Assembly: GCF_964355755.1 (NCBI RefSeq)
Contig: NC_092674.1
Coordinates: 8,742,001 to 8,806,000, forward strand
Length of the DNA: 64,000 nucleotides
DNA from: Antedon mediterranea
Taxonomy: Eukaryota; Animalia; Echinodermata
Reading direction: 5' to 3'
The position numbers were made by a program, and so were the translations under genes. The notes beneath the pieces were generated by a model. The model was not told the DNA's origin, did not search any database, and worked only from the letters and a program-made list of their open reading frames with translations. Shown in pieces: positions 51,621 to 64,000 of this stretch; positions within the stretch are counted from its first letter, which is position 1, and every line of letters starts with the position of its first letter.

Positions 51621-53544
51621 CCATGTCCTTCATGTCCATGCTCTGTGCTTATTATTAGCGGTAGAGCTCTTTTAATTTGTTATTTAAATAAGATATTAGA
51701 AGGAGTAAAAACTTTATAGAAAGTGATATTTAAACAAATAAGTTATAAAGTTCATAGGTCATTGACCTTTTCATAGAAAGTCTTAGCACATTTTGCGTCT
51801 GATTGTAATTAAAACTAAACCTTAAAATCAACCTCCCTAGTTGGTTTCTGATGGCAATTATGATCGTTTTCGTTAGTTGCTTTGAACCCCCACTGGTCCT
51901 GGCAAAGGATACTAGATGTTGAATCAGTCACACAGGAAATGTATTAGAGTTATTCTCAGCTTGAGGAATCGTGGTGAACACGGAACCTGGCTACAGCTGC
52001 AGTAATGCTGAGTTAGGTACAGTATTAGCTTTCTGAACATTTGAGCCCAAGTAGGCTTAAGTATGATTACCGATATATAGTATTGGCTTATGTAACTGTA
52101 ACATCTATTTACACACCATTGTGAAAGAATGAGGTTTCTACTTATGAGATAAATATAGTAGCCTAATATGGGCACCTAATTTATAATGCATTTGGCCATT
52201 TCTGAATGATAGACAGTGATTTAAAGTCAACGCATGTTTACTGTACAAGCCTAATATTCACGTTCTGTTTCATTACTGGGACTGTATTTAAGCCGTTTTA
52301 AAATGTTTTTCCTTCACCTACCACATCCCAAAAAGAATGCGCCCTACTATCAAACAAATGTCATACTTGTCTTTACATAAATTGTTTGGATATTAGTTGG
52401 CCTATGCATATTTCATATTGGGTAGTAGGAATGCCCACTACATGTCTACAGCTAGCTAACCCTGCCTAAGCAGAGAGAAGAAAATAGTTAAACTACACCC
52501 TGTAGCTTGAACCCAACAACATACACAGCATACCAACCAAGGTCACTATAGGAACTAGGCTTGTTCAAGTGGAGTTTAAATGTTTAAAGTGGCGTTTAAA
52601 TGTTATTAATAATAATATTTGAATGAGGAAAATTACACCATTGTATATCCGATGGTTGTTTTTTAAAAAATGAAACTGTAATTCTCACTTATCCCGTTTG
52701 AAGGTTTGCATGACGAAATCAATATGTTATAAAGTTTACGGTCGCTGGTACATCACTCCTGAGGACAATCAAAGTGTATTGATGAAAACATTTTCAGAAC
52801 TAAATATACATGGTGTACCGCAATTAGTATGCATTGTTACAGGAAAACTATTAAATCTTTATTTACACATTTTATAATAAGATAAAGCTTCAATATAAAA
52901 TTGTTTTTCATCGACTTAAAACAAAAATTTTTAGAAATATCGGTGCTACAAACGATAAAAAGAGTGCTTTTTGTAATTGAGAAGTTTTCAATTTAGCAGA
53001 TGCATACTGCATTCTGTAAACTATAGGTGGCAGCACAGATCTACATTATAGCAGAATACTGTAATATTATTTACTGACACTTTTCTTTATATTAATAACG
53101 ATTATGGAATTTTAGGTAATTAATGATTATTATTAATCATTATAAAATAAACAAAGTCAGTTTTAATCGCAATTATTGATAGTGATCAGGTTGTCTTATA
53201 TTAATTTATTATTGCGTCGTTAGAGATCAGGTTTTGTATTTCATGTCATAGTCATGATGTCATGTAATTCTTATTTGCTTATTGTTCTTGGTATGATGTC
53301 ATGACTGGGTAATGATTGTAATAATACTTAAATAAATTTATGCATAAGTTTATGAAATTATTGTGTTGTTATGAATGATGGCACGATCTGGTCAGGATCA
53401 AAATAATTGTATCATTAAATATTTATTTCTTTAAGTAGACATCCCTTATCTTTACTTGGCACTTAATCATGACTCAATATAAACCTTTAGTAGCACTATA
53501 CCTGATGTTGGCTGTGATATATCTTAGATGCAGACATTTTACCT

Positions 53545-54121
53545 TAACACAGGGGGATTATAAGGGGTTCCACATACGTTATACTGCTTAGACACAGACA
53601 CAGGAGGCTTACAAGGGGTTCCAAATACATTGGACTACTTAGACACAAACAGAGGGGATTATAAGGGGTTCCACTTAAGTTGACTGCTTAGAAACAGACA
53701 CAAGGGGTTTACAATGGGTTTCACATACGTTGGACTGCTTAGACACAAACACAGGGGGCGTACTGTATAAGTGGTTCCAAATACATTGGACTGCTTAGAC
53801 ACAAACAGGGGGTGCTTACAAGGGGTTCCACATACGTTGGGACTGTGATCTTAGACACAGATATAGGGCGATTACAAGGGGTTCCAAATACATCGGACTG
53901 TGAACTTAGACACAAACACAGGGGGCTTACAAGGGGTTCCAAATACATTGGACTGCTTAGACACAGACACGGGGAGCTTACAAGGGGTTCCAAATACATC
54001 TGACTGCTTAGACACAGACACAGGGGGATTACAAGGGGTTCTTCCAAATACTTTGGACTGTGATCTTAGACACAAACACAGGGGACTTATAAGTTGTTCC
54101 AAATACATTGGACTGCGATCT
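53545..54121. repeat. Degenerate 50-54-bp satellite units (older part of the array)
   Basis: Variants of cttagacacagacacagggggcttacaaggggttccaaatacattggactg. Confidence 0.9.
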
Positions 54122-54610
54122 ATAAATATAAATTTTTTTTTCCACTTCTTAAGTCCATCAAAAAAAACACCACAGTTTATAAGCATAGACGCCGCATGGT
54201 GTCATGAAATCCCATGAAAACGCTATGTTATTTCTGTTGGTTACGCTTCGTTGCACGGCATTGTTTGTTATAGATCGAAGATGTCTTCGTTTCGTGAAAA
54301 AGGCGTATACTATCTTCACCAATTTAATTTCAATGAAGAATTTCCGATTCATCAGCAATAAGTTTCGTAAACTTAAAGCTATAGTTGACCCAGAACGTTC
54401 ATTTTATGACCGCGAGTGTTTACACTATACGAAGTGCCGGCCCGAAGCCCGCAATTGCCGGCCCGAAGCCTACTCTAGACTAGGCTCAAAATTGAGCCGG
54501 CTCGAGGCCGGCTCGGTTGTTCCCAGAGTGTTTACACTTGTGCACTTTTGGCTCGGAGCCGGCCTCGAGCCGGCCTCGGGCTCGCTAAAAGCTGAAGTGT
54601 AAATGGGGTC
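54122..54610. mobile_element. Insertion interrupting the satellite, Harbinger-like right end
   Basis: The satellite breaks at gactgcgatct and resumes at ttagacacaaac. The insert ends GTGTAAATGGGGTC|TTA and carries GAGCCGGCTC palindromes and GTGTTTACAC motifs. No left TIR was found. Confidence 0.5.
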
Positions 54611-55775
54611 TTAGACACAAACATAGGGGGCTTACAAGGGTCCAAATACATTGGACTGCAATCTTAGACACAAATATAGGGGGCTTACAAGGGGTCCAAA
54701 TACATTGACTGTGATCTTAGACACAAACATAGGGGGCTTACAAGGGGTCTAAATACATTGGACTGCAATCTTAGACACAAACATAGGGGGCTTACAAGGG
54801 GTCCAAATACATTGGACTGCGATCTTAGACACAAACATAGAGGGCTTACAAGGGGTCCAAATACATTGGACTGCGATCTTAGACACAAATATAGGGGGCT
54901 TACAAGGGGTCCAAATACATTGGACTGTGATCTTAGACACAAACATAGGGGGCTTACAAGGGGTCTAAATACATTGGACTGCGATCTTAGACACAAACAT
55001 AGGGGGCTTACAAGGGATCAAAATACATTGGATTGTGATCTTAGACACAAACATAGGGGGCTTACAAGGGGTCCAAATACATTGGACTGCGATCTTAGAC
55101 ACAAACATAGGGGGCTTACAAGGGGTCCAAATACATTGGACTGCGATCTTAGACACAAATATAGGGGGCTTACAAGGGGTCCAAATACATTGGACTGTGA
55201 TCTTAGACACAAACATAGGGGGCTTACAAGGGGTCTAAATACATTGGACTGTGATCTTAGACACAAACATAGGGGGCTTACAAGGGATCCAAATACATTG
55301 GACTGTGATCTTAGACACAAACATAGGGGGCTTACAAGGGGTCTAAATACATTGGACTGCGATCTTAGACACAAACATAGGGGGCTTACAAGGGGTCCAA
55401 ATACATTGGACTGTGATCTTAGACACAAACATAGGGGGCTTACAAGGGGTCTAAATACATTGGACTGCGATCTTAGACACAAACATAGGGGGCTTACAAG
55501 GGATCCAAATACATTGGACTGTGATCTTAGACACAAACATAGGGGGCTTACAAGGGGTCTAAATACATTGGACTGCGATCTTAGACACAAACATAGGGGG
55601 CTTACAAGGGGTCTAAATACATTGGACTGTGATCTTAGACACAAACATAGGGGGCTTACAAGGGATCCAAATACATTGGACTGTGATCTTAGACACAAAC
55701 ATAGGGGGCTTACAAGGGGTCTAAATACATTGGACTGCGATCTTAGACACAAACATAGGGGGCTTACAAGGGGTC
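54610..55775. repeat. 54-bp minisatellite, about 21 homogeneous copies
   Basis: Unit CTTAGACACAAACATAGGGGGCTTACAAGGGGTCCAAATACATTGGACTG(T/C)GAT. Confidence 0.97.
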
Positions 55776-56067
55776 AGTTGAACTCCATATTGGGGCCTAT
55801 ATTAAAATAACAATATAAAATTCTTCTTTCTGATAGACAAAGAAGGCTATGATCAATGTATTGTAAGAGGCATAAAAAGGGGTATTACTAGGGACACACT
55901 ATACATAAATATGATATCTGTTGGATTTATTTTCTTCATTATGGCAATTATTTTTCAAAATCACAGTATACAAAGTGGTTGTCATTATGAATGCCATTTC
56001 AGTGTGAAGATTGCTACTCATCATTAAAAAGCTAACCTTGTTATTGCTTCATTATTTCTTTCTGAAG

Positions 56068-56269
56068 ATCCAAATATTCGTCGGAAACGTGAAATTTTGT
56101 CATGCATTGAAAGTCCCGAAGTGACAGACATTCTAGCTCGGTCAGCATTACTCAAGTGGAACTTCCAGCCTAGCAATGAGGACTTATCGTCGGCCAATAT
56201 TGAAAGATCCAGGATGAAGTATGAAGTCTCTATGTCAACGCAGGGAAGGCCACAAAGTCACTACGACAG
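56068..56269 (+). CDS. FNDC3: FNDC3 coding exon 4 (start of FN3 domain 1)
   Basis: Acceptor tttctttctgaag. Encodes DPNIRRKREILSCIESPEVTDILARSALLKW...YEVSMS. Donor AG|gtattg, phase 1/2. Confidence 0.9.
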
Positions 56270-56866
56270 GTATTGTAAATTGTACATTGTTGTTATTGTT
56301 TAGAGCGAGGTTTACATGAATTTCTCCATCCAACTTTCCATATCCAATTCCATAAAATTATGTAGAGAAGCAAATTTTTACTGTGAAAATCATTCATCTC
56401 AAACAAAAGCTACTATGAACATTGATGTTGCATGGTTTGAACCAAGAATCCTAGATTACTCATGCCAATACCGTACATTATTACCGTTTATAGAATTCTT
56501 CAGAATGTTTCTATAATCCCACTTGGCATATAACCAATGTTCGAGGACAAATTGTTTATGTTTATATCCACACATCAAAGTGACACCTTTCTGGTGCAGT
56601 ACATTGGATTTTTAAGTGATCTGTGCAACGTGCAACCATCTAAAGTTATCTGGCAATAGTCCAGTCTGTTCTGTCAGACATGCATAGACTATTCCCTATT
56701 GTACTTCCACCCTTTCCTAAATAGACACAGAAAGCTTTTCAATGATGAGGTCCATTGAGGCGGGTGAAGGGAATTCTTAAAGGACATTTTTAAAGTGTTA
56801 TTTTGTGCCTTGCTGTTAAAACAGTTTCAGAGTTTAATTTTTGGTTGCTTTGGTGAGATTGCTCTA

Positions 56867-56998
56867 AAGCTTTGTCTACACTCTCAAACTTTATGTGACA
56901 AAAAAAATGTGAATTGCCCAAATATGGACATGAAGATTTCATATCACTACCATATTTAAGCACATCACACATAAAGTTCGATATTGTAGGCAGAGCTT
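56867..56998. mobile_element. MITE, AAGCTCTGTCTACAC family (copy 3)
   Basis: TA|AAGCTTTGTCTACACTCTCAAACTTTATGTG...CACATAAAGTTCGATATTGTAGGCAGAGCTT|TA. Confidence 0.75.
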
Positions 56999-57125
56999 TA
57001 TACATTTTTTCTGGTTCCACTTTGAATTTTTATAACAAAAATTTAAAAATAATTTGAAAACTGTTTATATATCTAATTTTCATAACAGTACATTAATAAT
57101 TATAGAAATAGAAATATTCTCTTAA

Positions 57126-57446
57126 AGATTTATTGTCCCCCAAAAACATGAAAAATTAAGATTAAATAAATCAGACTTTGACTATGTTATTTTGTAGTTA
57201 ATCATTTCCATAGGAAATAATGTTTTCACCTATAAATTGACAAAATAAATGGTTAAATTCAACCAAAAACCACTGGCTGGGAGCCAATTTAGCCACCTTT
57301 TGCTTTAAATTACAGTTTTTTCAGGTAAATACATTATTTTTTTCGATCCAATTTTTGGTCAATGTGGATAACTATTATGTTACATTAAAATGGCATAGTA
57401 TTCAACAAAAAATTTGTTCAGAGTTATTTTTTCAGGCAATACATCT
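57126..57446. mobile_element. Kolobok-like MITE
   Basis: TTAA|AGATTTATTGTC ... GGCAATACATCT|TTAA. Confidence 0.6.
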
Positions 57447-58895
57447 TTAACTAGGTATACAGTATGTAAATTATAATTAGCCTACTGTAACAAGATGTAG
57501 AATATTTAAGCAGATTGTTAAAACCTATTACGATGAGAGATGAACAATACATCAAACATATCTATCATTACATGCCCCAAGAGATAGTCGATAGTTACAG
57601 TAGCCTTCGCTGCCCCCAGAGACTGTCAGTGAAACTTTCCGGTCCACGTTTAATACATTATGTTTTAATAACCCGTATTTATATCATTTACATTATAAAA
57701 TCTCCGATATCTAATTTACAATATAATAGTTAATGTAGCCTTTGATGCCATATCCACTGTATACACAGCAATCGGTGGTCAGTTTAGGAGGGTATTTATC
57801 ATGGGGACCACCATAGCAACGAGCAAAGGCAACTAATATGTGGGCGGGGTGGATCAATAAATTATCACCGCAGATGGTCGTACATTAGCTAAGTTAAATA
57901 TAGTAAATTTGCTTGAGTTTGAGTTTTTTTTGGTAGTATTTTATGCCAGTAAACTGTCTGTGTTCTAAAAATAAACATCTCAAATGGGAGTGTTTTGCAG
58001 AAATGCAACTGTTCTGGTTTCACTTTAAACACATGCATTCAGTTATTTATATCATTGAAAAATCTCCAATATTATGTTAAATTATTATGAAATATTGACT
58101 AGAATGAACAATGATATGTTGTGCAACATTCATTCGATCGAATCATTTGACACCCATAGCCTGCTAGCCCATGTCACATTAATTATCTGTTTCATCTTGA
58201 TCAATTTATTTACTTTATCGTCTTCAATATCTTAGTGCAATGATGAAATATATTTTGCAAATGAACATAGGAGGCTCTTATGATAGTTAACCTTTAATGC
58301 CCTAGAGACCATAATTGAAGCATTCTGGTCCTACGATGAACGCATTATACGTCCGTAGTCATTTCATTTATAATACGTCTCAAATATCTTGGATTATCGG
58401 TTCGATGAAATATGTAGTTAGTAGAACGCACTATGAAAAAATATGTTGTGCAACATTAACACACTTGGGGTTTTGTGTCTAATTGATGGTTTCTAGGAGT
58501 TTGCCATTATCTGTTGAGTAGTATAATTCAGCTAACATCATGTCTAATGTCTTACAATGCTTCATTACCTTCTGAATAATTCTGATATAAACATAATACC
58601 AACCACTGTGAACAATTGAGACTATGTTCTGAGATCTTTTGTTAGTCAACATGTGTTTTATATATTATATATGTTAATATTATACAATGCTTTTATTTTC
58701 ACTATTTTAGTTCATTTACTGGCATAGGCTTTTCCTTTGTTTCTCTAATTATGTATGAATTTGTCGATCTAATTGTGTATAATTTGTTATGCAATAACAA
58801 TACATAAGTGTAGTCAAATCATTATGAAGAATTTAGTAACTTTTTTTTCTTATATATATTACTTTTTTACCGTCGTTACAGATAGACATAAACAC

Positions 58896-59320
58896 TTTTT
58901 ACTCGGGGTACCCGAGTCTAGTACTTACTCATTTTCTCCTTCTCTTCCTCCATCTGGACACTATTGAGTAAAAAGTGCGATTTTTAAAGTACTACTCCTC
59001 CCTTATTCGTTATAGTATTGAGCTGGGATTTGGCATGAACATACTACAGGGACATGTCCTCAAAGCTATAGAGCCGGATTTTTAATTTGTTGTTAATTAA
59101 TTTGTTTAATTAAGAAGCCACAATGTGTGACACACACCACAGCGTTATGTAGTTATATGGTTATATGCGGATTCTTCGGATAGTGGTTGTCAAGTCTGCT
59201 TAACACGCAGAAGGTCCCGGTTCGAGCCCTGGCGAAACCTATTTTCTTTACTTTCTAACTGTATACGTCTGTATACAGCTTCTTTCGCTGTACCCCGAGT
59301 ATTGCACATTCGTGCTTGTT
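58896..59320 (+). mobile_element. Helentron-associated non-autonomous element (HINE/DINE-1-like)
   Basis: T-run, subTIR ACTCGGGGTAC with adjacent inverted CCCGAGT, 3' subTIR GTACCCCGAGT, terminal hairpin GCAC-ATTC-GTGC, then TTGTT. Confidence 0.75.
59169..59240 (+). pseudogene. tRNA-Val(AAC)-derived pseudogene inside the HINE
   Basis: Anticodon arm TCTGC-TT[AAC]AC-GCAGA is intact, D-loop TAGTGGTT, T-loop GGTTCGAGCC. The acceptor stem (GGATTCT/CGAAACC) and D stem are mismatched. Confidence 0.75.
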
Positions 59321-59350
59321 TAGTTTAAAAACATGTTTTTATCTTTATAG

Positions 59351-59410
59351 TGATACTGAGATGCAGTTTGATCTCTCTGATCTTAAACCAGCTACAGAAT
59401 ATCAAGCCAG
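59351..59410 (+). CDS. FNDC3: FNDC3 coding exon 5 (60 nt, FN3 domain 1)
   Basis: Acceptor tttatctttatag. Encodes DTEMQFDLSDLKPATEYQA, containing the FN3 LxPxTxY motif. Donor AG|gtgggt, phase 2/2. Confidence 0.92.
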
Positions 59411-60999
59411 GTGGGTATTATGCAAATTAATAATTTGCATAATTTACATGTGTTTGAAGTTTATACTATTTAAGTATGATCAAATTAAATTTTATTATGC
59501 TAATGTCTCTTTGACATTAAAGGTTTTAAAATGAAATTATTGTATTTTGGAATTATCCCAAAAAATATATTACACAACATTAATTTTGAAAAATAAACAT
59601 TAATTATAAAAACATATTGATATATTCTATAAATAGAACATATTGCTGTTTGATGTACAATTTTCTGTGATCCACAACATTTATTTTTGTTCAGTAATTT
59701 ACCTTTGGATTTATTGTATTAAATAATAATTTATTTGATTAATTCCTGTGAATTAAGCAACTGCTAAATTATACTGTTAAAGCAATATATGAATATATCT
59801 GACTGAGTAGAATCCATCAAACATGTGTTTTGCAGTCAAGCCCTCGTTGATCTTCTCCATATGGAATCTAAACAACTGTGGTATTCCGTACGGAGAAAGG
59901 ACTTATCATGAAACAAACAGCGTTTCCATATGTGCAAGTGTTATGCAAATCACTGAAGCAATGCGACCATCGTCAAACTATTATCCTGTAAATTGAGTAA
60001 TGTCGACAACGATGAATTATGATGTTTTATATCGCTTATTATTCGGAATGCCCAATGATAATCAAATTATTAATATTTTTATATTGAAATATTGTACCAA
60101 TAAAATCATAATAATCAATTATTTTTATATTGATATTCATTCATAATTAAATTAAAAGCATAATATTTATTAAAACATGATCAAAATTTTTTATTTGAAA
60201 AGGTTGATATATTCATCAATTTTAATTGCGCTATATAATAACAATTTGTTTTTACCAAAAATCTTTATTAAGTCCAGAAATAACATAATTTATTTTATTA
60301 GTAATTAATATTTATTTTTAAAAAATTTCCAAAGATGAAATTAAATATTCTTATTGTATTCAAAAGTCATAAACGATAAAATTTAAATTTATTTTATTTC
60401 ATTAGTTTTTGTTTACATTTTGTGTATTTATTAATATAATTTATTTTATGTAACATATATTAAATATGATTAAAATATTATCAGTGGCATGATCTTAAAT
60501 AATTTCCAATATTAAAGGGACTAATTGTCGCCTTATTAGTGTTCTCCTAATTAGGGCTAGCCATGTAATATATTTCCCTTTCGGGGGTGTATGTGAATAT
60601 GGGTCACATAAGACTGGTTGTTATTTTCCCCTCTCATCTTTCCTCAGCAGGACTTGAAAATGTAATGATGTCCAGTTTATTCTGTTTTTATATACTTTTT
60701 AAATATTTAGTTATATTGTTTTGAGAGGTACCCACTTCCGTGTTGGACCATTAGCCCATGGCTCCCTCCTAGGCTCTTTGCCAAATTCATCATTTTTACC
60801 ATAATATTACTATACACGCGAATCAGCCCTTGCATAACTAGAATTAAATTATTGCTAGCTATTTTTTGATATCTGTTTTTGACATACTATTAAATATTAA
60901 ATGTTAATGTTGCTTCTTCGTTGAAAAAATCCTAGATCTACCCCTGCTTTTTTTTTTATTCATGAACAATTTTCAAACAATAATTGATGATTTTTTTAG

Positions 61000-61192
61000 T
61001 GTGAGTGCAATATTTGAAAATGTACGTGGGTCGCCATCAAAACCCACAAGTTTTACTACTAGTGGGTGTGAACCGGATGAGCCAGTAGGACCAAGATGTT
61101 TACAGAAAAATAAAAATTTCCTAGTAATCAAATGGAATGCTCCGAATGACAATGGATCCAGAATAACAGATTATATACTAGAATCTGATAAG
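61000..61192 (+). CDS. FNDC3: FNDC3 coding exon 6 (end of FN3-1, start of FN3-2)
   Basis: Acceptor tttttttag. Encodes VSAIFENVRGSPSKPTSFTTSGCEPDEP...KWNAPNDNGSRITDYILESDK. Donor AAG|gtgaga, phase 2/0. Confidence 0.95.
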
Positions 61193-61818
61193 GTGAGAGT
61201 TATTGTTGTTCTTGTAAATGTAACATTTTATCACATATTGTTATTACTACAGTATCAAACAACAAGTGGCGCATCTTTAGGGGGGGGGGGGGGAGACCAC
61301 CCGGAAACAGAGGGAGTAATCTTATGCAAATAGGCCATACTGATTATTAGTTATGTAATATATAATTTGTTTGTCTGTAGGAGGCAGTATTGGCCAACGA
61401 TCATTACTCATCCTACTGCCAGTCACCTCCGCCCCCACCCCACCTTTCTACCATCAAATGATGTAATCACACTAGGTGTTGATAAAGTGGTTGGAAAACC
61501 AATGAATGTCTTATATAAATCTAATCTGTGTCTTTATTTAACGAAATCTATCATGTGAGTTTGTCATTCTTTGTTTATAAAGAAACATTAAGCAAAATAA
61601 ACAGGGGAACAGCGTATTTGGATTAATAGTATTAAGGATGTCACTTTGTCTATTGTAATCTCAACTTACATCATTGAGTTTGAAAAGTTAAAGTTTGATT
61701 GTAGGATGTACTGTACACATTTTAAACATTTTGTTTTATATCTTTAGCGCACACAGCACCTATCAAAGCAATATACATTATAGAAAACCTCCTTTGGTAC
61801 AGAGAACATCTTTATTAA

Positions 61819-61997
61819 AGCTTGGTTCCCTATAGAACGTAACGCAAGGACGTAAACGCAACGCAAGCGTTTTAACCAATGACAAGTGAAGTTATAGACA
61901 GTTAGCAATCACAAGTGAATAAACCATCGCTTGTGATTGGTCAATTCACTTGCGTTGCATTACGTCCTTGTGTTGCGTCGCTAGTGGGAACCATGCT
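61819..61997. mobile_element. PIF/Harbinger-like MITE
   Basis: TAA|AGCTTGGTTCCC...ACGCAAGGACGTAA ... TTACGTCCTTG...GGGAACCATGCT|TAA. Confidence 0.85.
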
Positions 61998-62554
61998 TAA
62001 GGGGGAACTTCTGTAAAACAAATGAAAGACAATATATTTTGTACTACTGGACAATTTTGTTGAGATTCTATCATTTGTTTCTTTCTTTGAAAACCAAAAA
62101 CAATACCGGGGATGGCTTCTTTCAATAGTTTACTAGGGTTCAGTGACCTTAACTTCACCGGTCAATTCCCTTCTTCTGCATATTAATGGGTTGCTCGTTA
62201 ATGATACTTAATTATGTAAAACTTCATTCAACCTAGATGAATTATTAACAGTTACTTCATTATTTTTGCACAAATTTAGTTTATGTAAATATTTTGATTA
62301 GGTTTGGCTCATATTTAAAACATGAATATAGTTCCTCCTACTTAGTTTAAATTATGAATAAGGTAGTACTGTATTGGGGATTGTGATGATAAAAAATGTT
62401 TGACTGAATGATCACATCTCTGGCTAGAAGAACTTTAGACATCTATTATAGTGGTTGTCTCCGCCCACTCGCCCAAGCACATCCATTTTCCATACATACT
62501 ATATGTTTTTCTTTCATGGGAGTAACGAATGTTCATCCTTCTTGAATACTAACT

Positions 62555-63158
62555 ACAACGACACTCCGAGAGTGCATACCTCCGCCTACTGTAAAATTCT
62601 ACATAAGATTTTACAGAAAAAAAATTTTTTTTTTTAAATTGTTGTGTCTCAATATAATGCTGTCTGTGATTTAGGCTAATTTCACTACAACCATGTGTAT
62701 GCGAATTTGGTGTAATGATTATGTAACCAGCCTTCAACTAACAATAGTTTCAGTTGACTAACAATAGAACAGCAACGCCAAAAACAAACGGGTGAATTTT
62801 AAAAGAAATAGGTTTTTTAAAACTACTTGTATCAAAACACCAGTACATTTAAATCAAATTATGTTTTTAAATTACAAATCATAACTCTTGCCTGTTTTTG
62901 GACAAGTAGTTCTCGGCTTTTGAAAAGTTTTTCCTATCTTTTAACACTAGCAAGTCTGAAAACGATATTTAAAAGTGGTCCAAAATTCGGACAATAGTCG
63001 GGATTGCCTCCAAAATTTAATGGAGTGGTCCATGACCACATATCTATCAGTAGTTTCATTTCGGTAAATATCTTGCAATAACTTTTTGAGTAATCCTCCT
63101 AACAAACAAACTGACAAACACATGCGATGACTACATACACCTCTTTGGCGGAGGTAAA
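62555..63158 (-). mobile_element. Helentron-associated element (HINE), minus strand
   Basis: On the minus strand it starts TTTACCTCCGCCAAAGAGGT, has a TGTT microsatellite, and ends GGCGGAGGT plus hairpin CACTC-TCG-GAGTG. Confidence 0.75.
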
Positions 63159-63417
63159 TAATTGCTAAAGTTATTTAAAGAACAAAAGAAAAACATAGCA
63201 CCTAATGATTAAAGAGATATTTTGTTATCTCCATCATGAAAAAATCTTTTGTATGATAAAATAACCAGCATCTTCATATATTTATTTAGTTTTACATCAT
63301 CAATATCAACATGCACTTTGTACTGGATTAGAAATTGTTATATCAATCAATATTTATCACATTCTTGAGCATGCTATAGATACATTAATGTTTATGAAGT
63401 TCTTTTCATTTCTTTAG

Positions 63418-63542
63418 GGCATTAGCGGTGGTAATTTTCAGGAAATTTTTAAAGGATCCCAAAAACAGTACCGTTATACAAAGCTTCAACCAGCAACAAA
63501 ATATTCCTTCCAATTAAAAGCTGTTAACGAATTCGGAGAAAG
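63418..63542 (+). CDS. FNDC3: FNDC3 coding exon 7 (FN3-2)
   Basis: Not in the ORF track. Acceptor tttcatttctttag. Encodes GISGGNFQEIFKGSQKQYRYTKLQPATKYSFQLKAVNEFGE. Donor AG|gtatag, phase 0/2. Confidence 0.93.
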
Positions 63543-63684
63543 GTATAGTAATCAATACTAATCAATACCCACCACAGAGAGTAGATTCAAATGTCATTTA
63601 AAAACTTCCCAGTACAATTCTGGACATTTTGATACCAATTTTGGCTAAAATATAACATAATTTAATTCATTTTTTTTTTTGCAG

Positions 63685-63847
63685 TGATTATAGTTCAACA
63701 ATACATTGCTACACGTCTGGTACGGTTCCCGCAACTCCTGAAGCTCCCTCACTCAAAGAAGCTGGCATCAGTCATTTAGAATTATCATGGCCGCCGGTGG
63801 AAAGTGATGTCACAAGATATACTCTACAATTGGATGACCAAACAAAT
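63685..63847 (+). CDS. FNDC3: FNDC3 coding exon 8 (FN3-2 to FN3-3)
   Basis: Not in the ORF track. Acceptor poly-T gcag. Encodes DYSSTIHCYTSGTVPATPEAPSLKEAGISHLELSWPPVESDVTRYTLQLDDQTN. Donor gtaaga, phase 2/0. Confidence 0.93.
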
Positions 63848-64000
63848 GTAAGACTTTTTTATTCTGTGCTCTCAACTACTACGGAACAGTACGACAACTT
63901 TGGTCCAATTACAGACATACAGAATACAAACTACATAAATGATGATTTCACATAAAATTATGGAAAACACCTGGCAAAGCACAATAATTACGGTTGAATT

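Larger units (their letters stand above)
17773..63847 (+). other. FNDC3: FNDC3A/B-like gene, 3'-partial: join(17773..18343,19696..20115,28235..28453,56068..56269,59351..59410,61000..61192,63418..63542,63685..63847)
   Basis: All introns are GT-AG and the phases match (1,1,1,2,2,0,2,0). The exons sum to 1953 nt = 651 codons with no stop. Recalled FNDC3 hallmarks: LLNGD..M...NG; YIHIKAGEAF...QYIHGP (cf. LVQVNPGETF...QCIQGP); DDRTDKQREKLQRKLRDR (cf. DERTSKTYERLQKKLKDR); then tandem FN3 domains. Confidence 0.93.

Noticed and set aside
54758-55810. 350-aa ORF with repeated C/H residues (DCDLRHKHRGLTRGPNTL), superficially zinc-finger-like
   Set aside because: It is the translation of a 54-bp minisatellite, open on both strands, with no C2H2 spacing and no unique coding flanks.
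59169-59240. Functional tRNA-Val gene
   Set aside because: The acceptor and D stems are disrupted and it sits within a mobile element.

Overview
AT-rich animal genomic DNA, probably a marine invertebrate (inferred from the repeat content). The window holds the 5' two-thirds or so of a spliced, + strand FNDC3 (FNDC3A/B-like, fibronectin type III domain-containing protein 3) gene. Eight phase-compatible coding exons between 17773 and 63847 join into 651 open codons, and the gene continues past the window end. The rest is intronic or upstream DNA dense in non-autonomous transposons (Tc2/pogo-like, Harbinger-like and Kolobok-like MITEs, a foldback element, two Helentron-type HINEs), SINEs (one Nin/Deu-type, one chimeric 5S+tRNA+CORE) and minisatellites. 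Almost all long ORFs in the track are artefacts of tandem repeats. No prokaryote-type system or CRISPR array is present. The most notable observations are: TA->TAC(A/T/C)GTA insertions shown by comparing paralogous repeats (Tc1/mariner-type excision footprints); tiny CA..TG hairpins with 7-bp duplications (P-element-like footprints); an inverted MITE pair flanking three exons that would form a stop-free circular ORF; the 5S-tRNA-CORE SINE; and a Helentron carrying a tRNA-Val copy. All calls were made by eye, with no database search.
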